From the sequence record LC727697.1: a stretch of 64,000 nucleotides of DNA. The stretch is one strand, 5' to 3'. The DNA comes from Pseudomonas phage sp. 30-2. This document shows, piece by piece, positions 1 to 7,519 of this stretch (position 1 is the stretch's first letter; every line of letters begins with the position of its first letter). The position numbers and the translations under genes were made by a program. The notes under the pieces are model-generated. The model saw only the letters and a list, made by a program, of their open reading frames with translations. It searched no databases and had not been told where the DNA came from.

Positions 1-563
1 TTTGCTTTTTGTTTAAATATTCCATGTATTGGACATTTAATAGATACATCTTTTGTTAAGAATGTAAAATCAGTAGATACAGAATAATCATAAAAATTAT
101 TATGTATTTTAGAACACTGCGTTTTCCAGTTATTGAAGTTATCTAGACTTACTTTACGCTCAGCTGAACATTTTTGGCATTTGTGACCTTTTAGTCTAGA
201 ACTAAGTTTTTGAACAATTATGCCGTGTTTAGTGCATCTGTATGTTATATTGTCAGATGTCGGAATATATCCATCCCACACACAATATATGTATTGGTCA
301 TCATCTATGCATTTTATAAATTTATCAAATGAATACTTGTGTTTATTATATTTGCATTCTGTGTGATATTCTGCTTGTTTTGCCGAAACAGTTATTCTAT
401 TACCACATTCTTTACATACAGGCGGCGATATTCCTTCTATATAATACTTGAATGCAACCCATTTATCAAATACGGGCTCATACAAAGAAAGAATACGATT
501 GTATTCTTTCTTATTATTCTTTTTTAATTCTTTTGCGTATGACTGATAATAATCTTTATTCAT
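1..563 (-). CDS. Putative free-standing homing-endonuclease-like protein with Cys/His zinc-ribbon repeats. Partial: N-terminal ~187 aa, C-terminus beyond window start.
   Basis: Manual reverse-complement translation from the ATG at 563-561 gives an open frame to position 1: MNKDYYQSYAKELKKNNKKEYNRILSLYEPVFDKWVAFKYYIEGISPPVCKECGNRITV...YRCTKHGIIVQKLSSRLKGHKCQKCS...IKCPIHGIFKQKA. It carries a CxxC pair and repeated Cys-containing [KP]xHGI[IF] motifs. The ATG overlaps the last codons of the polymerase/IntN ORF (tATGAAtaa). Sitting between intein halves is typical of a homing endonuclease gene. Confidence 0.45.
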   Translation of the reverse strand, partial: MNKDYYQSYAKELKKNNKKEYNRILSLYEPVFDKWVAFKYYIEGISPPVCKECGNRITVSAKQAEYHTECKYNKHKYSFDKFIKCIDDDQYIYCVWDGYIPTSDNITYRCTKHGIIVQKLSSRLKGHKCQKCSAERKVSLDNFNNWKTQCSKIHNNFYDYSVSTDFTFLTKDVSIKCPIHGIFKQKA

Positions 564-2967
564 ATACAATAGATAATATTATATCACTGTCTGTTAAATC
601 TGTGGGTTTAACTTCTAACAGTTCTGCATTACGTATAACCATAATAGAATGATCTTCGGTTACTATAACTTTATTTCCGTTGTTGTCTTCTATTTCGAAT
701 AACTCTTTTTCTACTTCGTGGCGGTACACATAGTTTATATGCCCCATATATGGTTGTTTTGCAGAATTGTCCCACGACATTACCATAACATCTTCATTCG
801 AAGCAAATTCTTTTTCTGCATGAACTACATGCTTGTCAGACACATTAAACAATTCTTCTATAGTTATTTTACCTAGAGAAGTATTTAGGATAGTTGATCC
901 ATCTACACTATCTGTATCACCATAAATTACACAATCGCCTTCGTGATCGTAAATGCCAGTGAACATTTCGTTTGTTTTAGAAGCCATATGTCTAGTGATA
1001 CAGCGCCCTGTGAGTGTAGTACTCTGCCCTAGTCTTTTATCGTAGAATCTAGAATGTTCGTTAAGTAGTCCGCCATATAAGCTGTTCAATCCAATTTTAC
1101 GAACTAACTGGGCTTTATCCCAATATTCGTAATATTCGTTTTGCATATGGGAATCTGACATAACAATTGAATTGTCAGACGACACTTCTAGACCATACTT
1201 TTTCATATATATTGCTACTTCTTGCCAATTTTTTGATTCGACAAGATTTTTTAATGTAGCTGCAACATATACATCATTAATATTATAATGGTCTGCTAAT
1301 TCAACTTCGCCTACGCATATTCCATCTAATACCGATTTATCTTCTAAAAATACAGTTTTGTCGCTATGGTGTTCTTTATCTAAAGAATTATAATCTGATG
1401 CAATTTTCTGCATCCCTTTACGTTCTGCATACCATCTTGTAAGTAGTAACGGAATTACACCTGCTCTGTCTTGTGTAAATATAGTTCCGTTAGCACTGAT
1501 ATGCCAATTCTGACCACTGTTGAATACTAATTCGTATATTTCGGCACCTGACAGTTCAAACGAGCGCCCGTCTGCCATATCTAACGTTAATATAGTACCC
1601 CTGTCTTTGTTTAACACATATTCCATTTCTAAAGTGGTAAACCTATCGTTCCACCATGCAGCAAATGTATGTTTTGTTCCGCCTTTTGCACACCATTCTT
1701 CGATTGCAGGGTTAGTAAGTGTTAACCGAATTTGTCCTATAATAGTTTCTGGGCTCATGTTTAGTGCCCTTAACACAGAAGGATACAGAGAATTTAAGTC
1801 ACTGGAGCCAATATCTCTATGCAGTCCTACTTTAGGATATGCTACCCAGCCGCCTGCAGCTTTAAGTGTATCATTATTTTTAAAACGTTGCCTAGATGGC
1901 ACTACCATGCCGTTATTATGTGCTTCGATTATAATTGCTTGTTCGGTTGTAGCTACTGCACCCATAACTGTAGGGATAGGAATGCAATTACTATGTGCAA
2001 TAGTAGAAGCCAGATCTATATATTTTAATTTTCTATCTAACTTATCTAGGAGTCGAGTATCTTGAATGTTATATTCTAAAAACTTTTTAAAATCATATTT
2101 ATAAAGTTTGTCTAATGTTCCGTTGTATGGAACTTTTCGTTCACCTAGTTCAATTTCCGAAATAGAATCTAACGAGTAACTATGACGTTCTTCGTAATTA
2201 TATTTTTTATACAATTGGAGATAATCTAAATGTATTCTACCAGACGTTTCGAATGTAACAAAACTACTGCCGCCTTCTTGTTCAATATTGCGCTTCTTGG
2301 GCATAAGATTCCAAAGGCATAATTTTCTTAGTTCATTCTTACCTAATAATTTTACAATTCTGTTAAAAGTATAGGGAATATCGAAACGTTCTGAGTTCCA
2401 ACCTGATAAAATATCTGCATCTTCTACTAAGTCAATAAACATACTTAGCATTTCTTTTTCATTTTTACATATAATTGTTTCGCCTACTTCCGATGCTATG
2501 CGTTGTGCATCTTCTGGCAATATAGTCTCTGGTGCTAATGCTAAGCAAACCATTTGCTGCATCCATTGCAAATATACAGATATTGATATAATGGGATTAA
2601 AAGGATCAGCCGGGTCAGCATAACCGCGTTTTTGATCAAACGCGGTCTCGATATCGAAGAATGCAACATGTAAATCTGGCATAGGTGCATTCTTATAGTT
2701 TACTTCCAGGCATCTAAATTCTGGCCTGACGTCTATTTCGCACGTTTGCGAAAAATCTAGCATTTTCATTTGAGTCATTTTTTCATTTATGCTAGATGGC
2801 TTAATTGCTTTAGCATTATTACCGAATATATCTTTATACGGTCCGTTTGCATCTAATATGTAATACGTATGATCTATAGGGTATTGTTTGTATATTCGTT
2901 TGCCTGCAGATCGTTCTGCAACTAGAAGTATTTCATTTTTCTTATCTTCGAAAATATCGATGTACAT
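556..2967 (-). CDS. g43: T4-type family B DNA polymerase (gp43-like) N-terminal extein (~686 aa, exonuclease plus palm through motif C) fused to a split-intein N-fragment (IntN, 117 aa).
   Basis: Exo I motif FDIETAF. Near-identity to T4/RB69 gp43 segments (ILSGWNSERFDIPYTFNRI, YSLDSISEIELGE, DLNSLYPSVLRALNMSPETI, LNSLYGG, VIYGDTDS). After YGDTD the sequence switches to SVDGSTILNT...GNKVIVTEDHSIMV...ELLEVKPTDL, matching intein blocks A and B and aligning with the Npu DnaE IntN, then stops. The KKRY/thumb region is absent. The track start at 3003 is a GTG upstream; the likely true start is the ATG at 2967 (MYIDIFEDKK) preceded by an AGGAC RBS. Confidence 0.85.
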   Translation of the reverse strand: MYIDIFEDKKNEILLVAERSAGKRIYKQYPIDHTYYILDANGPYKDIFGNNAKAIKPSSINEKMTQMKMLDFSQTCEIDVRPEFRCLEVNYKNAPMPDLHVAFFDIETAFDQKRGYADPADPFNPIISISVYLQWMQQMVCLALAPETILPEDAQRIASEVGETIICKNEKEMLSMFIDLVEDADILSGWNSERFDIPYTFNRIVKLLGKNELRKLCLWNLMPKKRNIEQEGGSSFVTFETSGRIHLDYLQLYKKYNYEERHSYSLDSISEIELGERKVPYNGTLDKLYKYDFKKFLEYNIQDTRLLDKLDRKLKYIDLASTIAHSNCIPIPTVMGAVATTEQAIIIEAHNNGMVVPSRQRFKNNDTLKAAGGWVAYPKVGLHRDIGSSDLNSLYPSVLRALNMSPETIIGQIRLTLTNPAIEEWCAKGGTKHTFAAWWNDRFTTLEMEYVLNKDRGTILTLDMADGRSFELSGAEIYELVFNSGQNWHISANGTIFTQDRAGVIPLLLTRWYAERKGMQKIASDYNSLDKEHHSDKTVFLEDKSVLDGICVGEVELADHYNINDVYVAATLKNLVESKNWQEVAIYMKKYGLEVSSDNSIVMSDSHMQNEYYEYWDKAQLVRKIGLNSLYGGLLNEHSRFYDKRLGQSTTLTGRCITRHMASKTNEMFTGIYDHEGDCVIYGDTDSVDGSTILNTSLGKITIEELFNVSDKHVVHAEKEFASNEDVMVMSWDNSAKQPYMGHINYVYRHEVEKELFEIEDNNGNKVIVTEDHSIMVIRNAELLEVKPTDLTDSDIILSIVYE
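559..909 (-). mobile_element. Split-intein N-fragment (Hint blocks A and B) inserted at the pol-c site (YGDTD|S) of the gp43 polymerase. Together with the downstream HEG-like ORF (1..563) it forms a fractured-gene mobile insertion.
   Basis: The last 117 codons of the polymerase ORF begin with Ser directly after YGDTD. Block B-like GNKVIVTEDHSIMV is present. The ORF terminates as split IntN fragments do, and an endonuclease-like ORF follows with an overlapping start. Confidence 0.6.
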
Positions 2968-2977
2968 AATTGTCCTA

Positions 2978-3008
2978 CAAAATAAAAAGCCGCGCAAAAG
3001 CACGGCTT
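2978..3008 (-). terminator. Hairpin plus U-run terminator between the 99-aa gene and the polymerase gene.
   Basis: Minus-strand aagccgtgcttttgcgcggctt followed by tttattttg. Confidence 0.45.
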
Positions 3009-3020
3009 GTTTTGAAAATA

Positions 3021-3296
3021 TTAACGACCTTCTTTAATTGCGTCTAGAATCTCTTCTACTTCATTAATCTTATCTAGTTCTTCGTTTAAAGAACGTTTAT
3101 GTGCGATTTTAATAACTTTATTAAGCTGGGAAGGCTTAACATTTACTTCTTCTGCAATTGCTTTAACTGTTTCTGCTAGTCCGGTTTTTAAATCTTCAAT
3201 TTCTTGCATGACTTGCATGCCTTCGGAAACTAACTGTTTAATTCGCCGGACGTCTTCAGCAGAGTAGTGGCGAGAATTTGGATTAATGTCAGTCAT
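3021..3296 (-). CDS. Hypothetical small coiled-coil protein.
   Basis: ORF 3021..3320. The second in-frame ATG (MTDINPN..., 3296) has a GGAG RBS while the first does not. Protein is helical/charged (EEVNVKPSQLNKVIKIAHKRSLNEELDKINEVEEILDAIKEGR). Confidence 0.5.
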   Translation of the reverse strand: MTDINPNSRHYSAEDVRRIKQLVSEGMQVMQEIEDLKTGLAETVKAIAEEVNVKPSQLNKVIKIAHKRSLNEELDKINEVEEILDAIKEGR

Positions 3297-3322
3297 TGTT
3301 AACTCCGTTAAACATTGCATAT

Positions 3323-3351
3323 ATTATACTAGTGTAAACGGAGTTAGTCAA
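3323..3351 (-). promoter_or_regulatory. Near-consensus sigma70-type (T4 early-like) promoter driving the 99-aa gene, possibly with read-through toward the polymerase.
   Basis: Minus strand reads TTGACT, a 17-nt spacer, then TATAAT (cattgactaactccgtttacactagtataatatATG). The -35 is at 3346-3351 and the -10 at 3323-3328. Confidence 0.5.
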
Positions 3352-3376
3352 TGAAATTTTTCCTAATTTAAAGGAC

Positions 3377-5287
3377 TTATTGTTGTATTTTTACAGAAGT
3401 TATTTGTATATTAGATTTGGTCCCACATACTGCAAACTTAGTATTCTGTGTTATTGTAGAATCTAGACTTGTAGTAACAGATTGTCCTTGTGCAGTGCCA
3501 GAAGTAACTTCATAAGTAAACTGATTATTTTCGAAATCATATGTTATTTTAAAGGTATGGTTGGCAGTAGAATGAGGCAAACTACCTATAACACTACCTT
3601 GTTTAACTATTTGAATGACACTGTTAATTCTATCGGCATACGCATATGGGAATATACCGGAATTAAAATCAGATTCTGACTCTGCAAATGTGGTAGGAGT
3701 TGTGTTTGTTAAGCCATATCTCATTTGTTGTGTTGAATCTGAAGATATGGTATTTCCTATTATTTCTACTTTTTTAGAACCATATATAAAATATTTTTGA
3801 TAGCCGCCACCGGATGTTTGTCCGGAGGAATTAAATTGTATAATATTTCCCATAGCATCTGCTGTAGTAGTTGTGCCAGACAATACAGAGCGCGAATAAC
3901 TACCTGTATTTGTTAATAAATTGGGAAATGTAGGTAAACGAACCGGCGGAACGAAACCGTTTATATCATACATTGCTTTAGAAATACATCTTATATTCCA
4001 GCGTTCTGCTAATGCATAACCATCTGCTGGCGCAGTCCATGTGTTTCTAATAGGTATTTGACTATTCCATAGTGGCCTTGCCTCGTTTACTTGGGCTAGT
4101 CTAACACCATCTACAAATAATCCTATTACCCCATTTTTCCGCATTGCACATACATGGGTATCTTTGTTTAATACTAAAGTACCATTGGGTGCTTGCAATA
4201 CTCCGGAATTACCGTTTGCTTGGTCGTATAATCCGTCAGTGGAATAGAAATGTCTGACGCTTCCATTTTGTTGCATAGAGATAGACCATCCGATGTCAGT
4301 GCCACCCGAAGATGTCCATTGACCTATTAGTATGGCGCCGCCGGCGCCTACTGTAGATAAGTTTATATATAATTCTATTGTGTAATCGCCCGATTGCCAA
4401 TTTGTTACAGGAGAAAATTGGAAGCCAGAAGTATTATTAGTAGTTGTTACAAATCGTCCTGTTGTAGAATTAGATAAACCTGTAAGTAGTAAAGTAGGAG
4501 TATTCATAGTTTCTTGGAACAATGAATTTCGTTTACATGTTATTTGACCTACTACTAAGCTAGCATCTTCCGGGGTATAGTAGTCTGGCTTTACATCAGC
4601 CATAGTTACGCTAGCTAGTGTGAATGGTGCAACATACAATGCCTTGTCATTTACTATTCTAATATTTTTTCTATATCCATTAAAATAGTTATTTGTGGTG
4701 GCCATGCTTCTTGTAGAGAATATAGACCCCGATACAACATTAGTATGCCCTGCAAATGACACTTCAAACGAACCTGCTAGTTGTCCATTTACAAATCCAT
4801 ATAACATAGTGTCATCCCTACATACGGCTAAATGAACGTCTTGGTCTGAAGGTACTTGTACATTACTGAATGTAAATACTTGTCTAGTACCGGCAGTAGC
4901 AGTTCCATTATTCCATTGAAATACTAAATTGTTGTTAATTACAGATAACAACCAAAATTCGTTAGATGAATTCCATGTACCTATTATATTACTAGTAGAC
5001 GGAATTTCGCCTTCTGACCTTATTGTTAGTTCTATTGTAAATTTGGTATTTTTAAGTATACTAGGTAACTTTCTATAGAAATAATTGTTTACTGTGCTAC
5101 CGGAAGTATACAACGAACTATTTTGTATAGAAACTGTACCAGACGAAATCGACATCGATTCTGTTGCTTCGTCTAATGGTTCATTTGCTAGAAATTTATA
5201 TTGTAGGACAGGACCTACATCGACTAACGGCGCCGGTCTATATTTTATATGTAAATTTCCGTTATGATTAAATTTTCCTAATTTCAT
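3377..5287 (-). CDS. Structural/receptor-binding-like protein with two concanavalin-A/LamG-like lectin domains.
   Basis: 636 aa. Two segments resemble LamG/pentraxin cores (HLAVCRDDTMLYGFVNGQLAGSF and THVCAMRKNGVIGLFVDGVRLAQ). Ser/Thr/Asn-rich, in the fiber gene block. Confidence 0.55.
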   Translation of the reverse strand: MKLGKFNHNGNLHIKYRPAPLVDVGPVLQYKFLANEPLDEATESMSISSGTVSIQNSSLYTSGSTVNNYFYRKLPSILKNTKFTIELTIRSEGEIPSTSNIIGTWNSSNEFWLLSVINNNLVFQWNNGTATAGTRQVFTFSNVQVPSDQDVHLAVCRDDTMLYGFVNGQLAGSFEVSFAGHTNVVSGSIFSTRSMATTNNYFNGYRKNIRIVNDKALYVAPFTLASVTMADVKPDYYTPEDASLVVGQITCKRNSLFQETMNTPTLLLTGLSNSTTGRFVTTTNNTSGFQFSPVTNWQSGDYTIELYINLSTVGAGGAILIGQWTSSGGTDIGWSISMQQNGSVRHFYSTDGLYDQANGNSGVLQAPNGTLVLNKDTHVCAMRKNGVIGLFVDGVRLAQVNEARPLWNSQIPIRNTWTAPADGYALAERWNIRCISKAMYDINGFVPPVRLPTFPNLLTNTGSYSRSVLSGTTTTADAMGNIIQFNSSGQTSGGGYQKYFIYGSKKVEIIGNTISSDSTQQMRYGLTNTTPTTFAESESDFNSGIFPYAYADRINSVIQIVKQGSVIGSLPHSTANHTFKITYDFENNQFTYEVTSGTAQGQSVTTSLDSTITQNTKFAVCGTKSNIQITSVKIQQ

Positions 5288-5289
5288 GT

Positions 5290-6237
5290 TTAACCTTTAA
5301 AGAAATATATTTCGTTATATCTGGGGGCAGTAAAATAGTTGGCAGCGCCAGGATAAGAACTACTACCGCCTATCATATATACACCGGTTTCTGTAACTAC
5401 ATATTCTGCAGACCAGCGGCGAGGCAACCCGGTATCTAAAATTTCCCATGTCATTTTATTTAAATCTAATATTTTAAATAAAAGCGTATTAGAAGAAGAT
5501 GACGCGCCGTATACAGCATATTGTTTATATACAAACCCGCCGAACCAGCTAGAAGGTGCTCCCGGAATTGTAGTAGGTAAAGTTGTCCACGTATTAGTAG
5601 ATATGTTGTATTCTAGAACGTCTGAAAGATTGTTTGATGTTTCGTTCCAGCCACCTAGTACATATATTTTCCCGTTATACGATCCTATGGTATGACCATT
5701 TCTTGGCGATGGCATACTTGTTCTTACTGTCCATGCTCTTGTACTAGCATTAAATCTATAACACAATGCATTTGTTATATTATTTTGCCCAATACCTCCT
5801 ATAACAAATACGTTTAGATTATCTACTGATGCGGTTCTTCCTTGTCCTCTAGAACCGCCGGCCATATCTGTATATCGTGTACCTGTTGCAGTGGAAGGGT
5901 TTATCTGAAAATACGAAGTATTATATCCATTGTTAGAACCACACAGCGCCCAAAAACTTCCATTGTAATAGCCGCCTCCTCCCCATGCCCAGGCTCCTAT
6001 GTTTCCGCTAGGACTTAACCAAGTATTAGTTGCTATATTGTATCGTCTATATATTTGTATTTGGCCTACACTAGGAACAGCTTCGCCCCCGAATATATGC
6101 AACATTCCGCCACCATATCCTGCAGTAAAATTTGCAATGTTTTGTGGCATCGTAGTAACTAAGGTTTTAGTTAAAAACGGTCTATTAATTGTTGCTGATA
6201 TTTTGCCTACGGATGGACTTCCTTTTATTTTCAACAT
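5290..6237 (-). CDS. Kelch-repeat beta-propeller protein.
   Basis: 315 aa with repeated Kelch-like blades (IYVLGGWNETSNNLSDVLEYNISTNTWTTL, VFVIGGIG, YMIGGSSS, W-containing repeats). Abuts the LamG protein (stop/start 5287/5290). Confidence 0.6.
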   Translation of the reverse strand: MLKIKGSPSVGKISATINRPFLTKTLVTTMPQNIANFTAGYGGGMLHIFGGEAVPSVGQIQIYRRYNIATNTWLSPSGNIGAWAWGGGGYYNGSFWALCGSNNGYNTSYFQINPSTATGTRYTDMAGGSRGQGRTASVDNLNVFVIGGIGQNNITNALCYRFNASTRAWTVRTSMPSPRNGHTIGSYNGKIYVLGGWNETSNNLSDVLEYNISTNTWTTLPTTIPGAPSSWFGGFVYKQYAVYGASSSSNTLLFKILDLNKMTWEILDTGLPRRWSAEYVVTETGVYMIGGSSSYPGAANYFTAPRYNEIYFFKG

Positions 6238-6239
6238 AT

Positions 6240-6812
6240 TTAATTATCCATTAATCTAGTTTGAAGCAGCAAAAATAAATTTCTTTTTTCTGCAATATCG
6301 TCGGATGGTATTAATTCAGAAAATAGTTCAAAGTTGTTTTCTAAGACTAATTTTCTTGCTTTAGATGCACTTACACCTTCTATAGAAGTACTCTCTTCTA
6401 GTCTATTACCAGACGATATTATATCTAATTCTATGCCTATACTTTTTGCATATGCAGGCATATTTCTCTTGTAATCTTCTAATCTATCACTTCCTGCAAT
6501 AAAGGTTACGTGTTTATATTTTTTCGAAAGTAAATCTAATGCAGAAAACGGATTATTTATTTTAGATTCGTTAATATTTACCCCAGGAAAAAACATTTTC
6601 ATATATGATACTTTTTCTTCCCAAAGTAATGGATTTTTTTTATTTCCAGAAGAGTGAGACAAAAACACACAATGCGCAGCATTATATTCTTTTGCTATCT
6701 TTAGCATTTCTGATATAACTTTTCCGTGCCCTATTGTAGGGGGATTCATTCTACCATAAACAAACACTACTGAATTTAAAGTATTATTTAATATAGAGGT
6801 AAGTATGCTCAT
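6240..6812 (-). CDS. HxGH-motif nucleotidyltransferase (cytidylyltransferase superfamily, NMN/NaMN adenylyltransferase-like).
   Basis: N-terminal VFVYGRMNPPTIGHGKV (G-x-F-x-P-x-H-x-GH type) and C-terminal ISSGNR...SASKAR (ISST/R motif) are typical of the (H/T)xGH nucleotidyltransferase fold. 190 aa. Confidence 0.6.
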   Translation of the reverse strand: MSILTSILNNTLNSVVFVYGRMNPPTIGHGKVISEMLKIAKEYNAAHCVFLSHSSGNKKNPLLWEEKVSYMKMFFPGVNINESKINNPFSALDLLSKKYKHVTFIAGSDRLEDYKRNMPAYAKSIGIELDIISSGNRLEESTSIEGVSASKARKLVLENNFELFSELIPSDDIAEKRNLFLLLQTRLMDN

Positions 6813-6919
6813 TGTCTAATCCAATTAAAGAGCTGACCCAAACGGGTCAGCTAACAAATTCCGACTTGTATTCTTGCACCAAGTAGCTATATGTGATACA
6901 ATGTTATGTGTGACTGTCA

Positions 6920-6956
6920 GCTATTAATTAAAAATACTTAAGCCTGGTCTGGGCTT
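6920..6956 (-). terminator. Putative rho-independent terminator downstream of the 2-TM protein gene.
   Basis: Minus-strand aagcccagaccaggctt followed by aagtatttttaatt. Confidence 0.4.
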
Positions 6957-7019
6957 GGGTATTCTATTTAAGTTCTACCAAAACCCCGAATGGTTAAAAC
7001 TGTGTATGTATTATTCATT

Positions 7020-7361
7020 TTAAGAGCCAGATGATTTGGTACGTTGTCTAATTTCGCCAAACACTGCCGCACCTGTTATTATAGTGCCAAATGCAATATG
7101 AAACAACCCTGCGTTTTGTAATGTTAATGGTTCCCATTTCTGTAATTTTAAAACTTCTGTTTTTTCTAGAACAAGATTTTGCTCAGATAAGTTAGAAATT
7201 TTAGATAACATTTCTTTGTTGTATTGATGGACTAGGACCGGCATAACAACAAAATCCATAACGCAGATAAACAAATAGACTAATGCCGCCAGCGGTTTCC
7301 AATTAAGCATTTTGTCCGAAGTTAGGGGTTTAGTGTTCTCTGACATTTTTTGTTTCCTCAC
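7020..7361 (-). CDS. Small membrane protein with 2 predicted TM helices; holin-like topology.
   Basis: Hydrophobic segments LAALVYLFICVMDFVVMPVLV and LFHIAFGTIITGAAVFG with a charged C-terminus (RQRTKSSGS). Relatively GC-rich DNA. Confidence 0.45.
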   Translation of the reverse strand: MRKQKMSENTKPLTSDKMLNWKPLAALVYLFICVMDFVVMPVLVHQYNKEMLSKISNLSEQNLVLEKTEVLKLQKWEPLTLQNAGLFHIAFGTIITGAAVFGEIRQRTKSSGS

Positions 7362-7469
7362 GAAAGAACCCCATGCTCTGGAGCCTCTACTCCGAGCAGG
7401 AACTCCTGTGCATAGTATTTTACTATACGAAAGTATTTATGAGTTTATTGTGTTTTGTGATCTGCTCTG

Positions 7470-7503
7470 TTTATACATAAATAAAGGGCCCTAGGGCCCT
7501 TTA
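7470..7503 (-). terminator. Perfect 9-bp palindromic hairpin terminator after the 894-aa fiber gene.
   Basis: aaagggccc-ta-gggcccttt (7483-7502) flanked by A/T-rich runs. Confidence 0.5.
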
Positions 7504-7519
7504 TTTAATTTAAAACAAC

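Noticed and set aside
556-909. Reading the C-terminal 117 aa of the polymerase ORF as a divergent thumb domain.
   Set aside because: There is no KKRY or other thumb motif. The tail instead shows intein block A and B patterns and ends like a split IntN.
1520-2065. Plus-strand ORFs of 60-180 aa lying inside long minus-strand genes (for example 1520..2065, 8331..8618, 11446..11811, 24299..24717, 25051..25563, 42775..43128, 44669..45103).
   Set aside because: They are antisense to genes with strong homology support and have low-complexity or odd composition. I treat them as frame shadows.
6831-6852. Perfect 9-bp-stem hairpin (agctgaccc-aaac-gggtcagct) just upstream of the nucleotidyltransferase gene, considered as a small RNA gene.
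   Set aside because: It is too short and has no flanking conserved structure. More likely it is a terminator or RNA-stability element between the 2-TM gene and the transferase gene.
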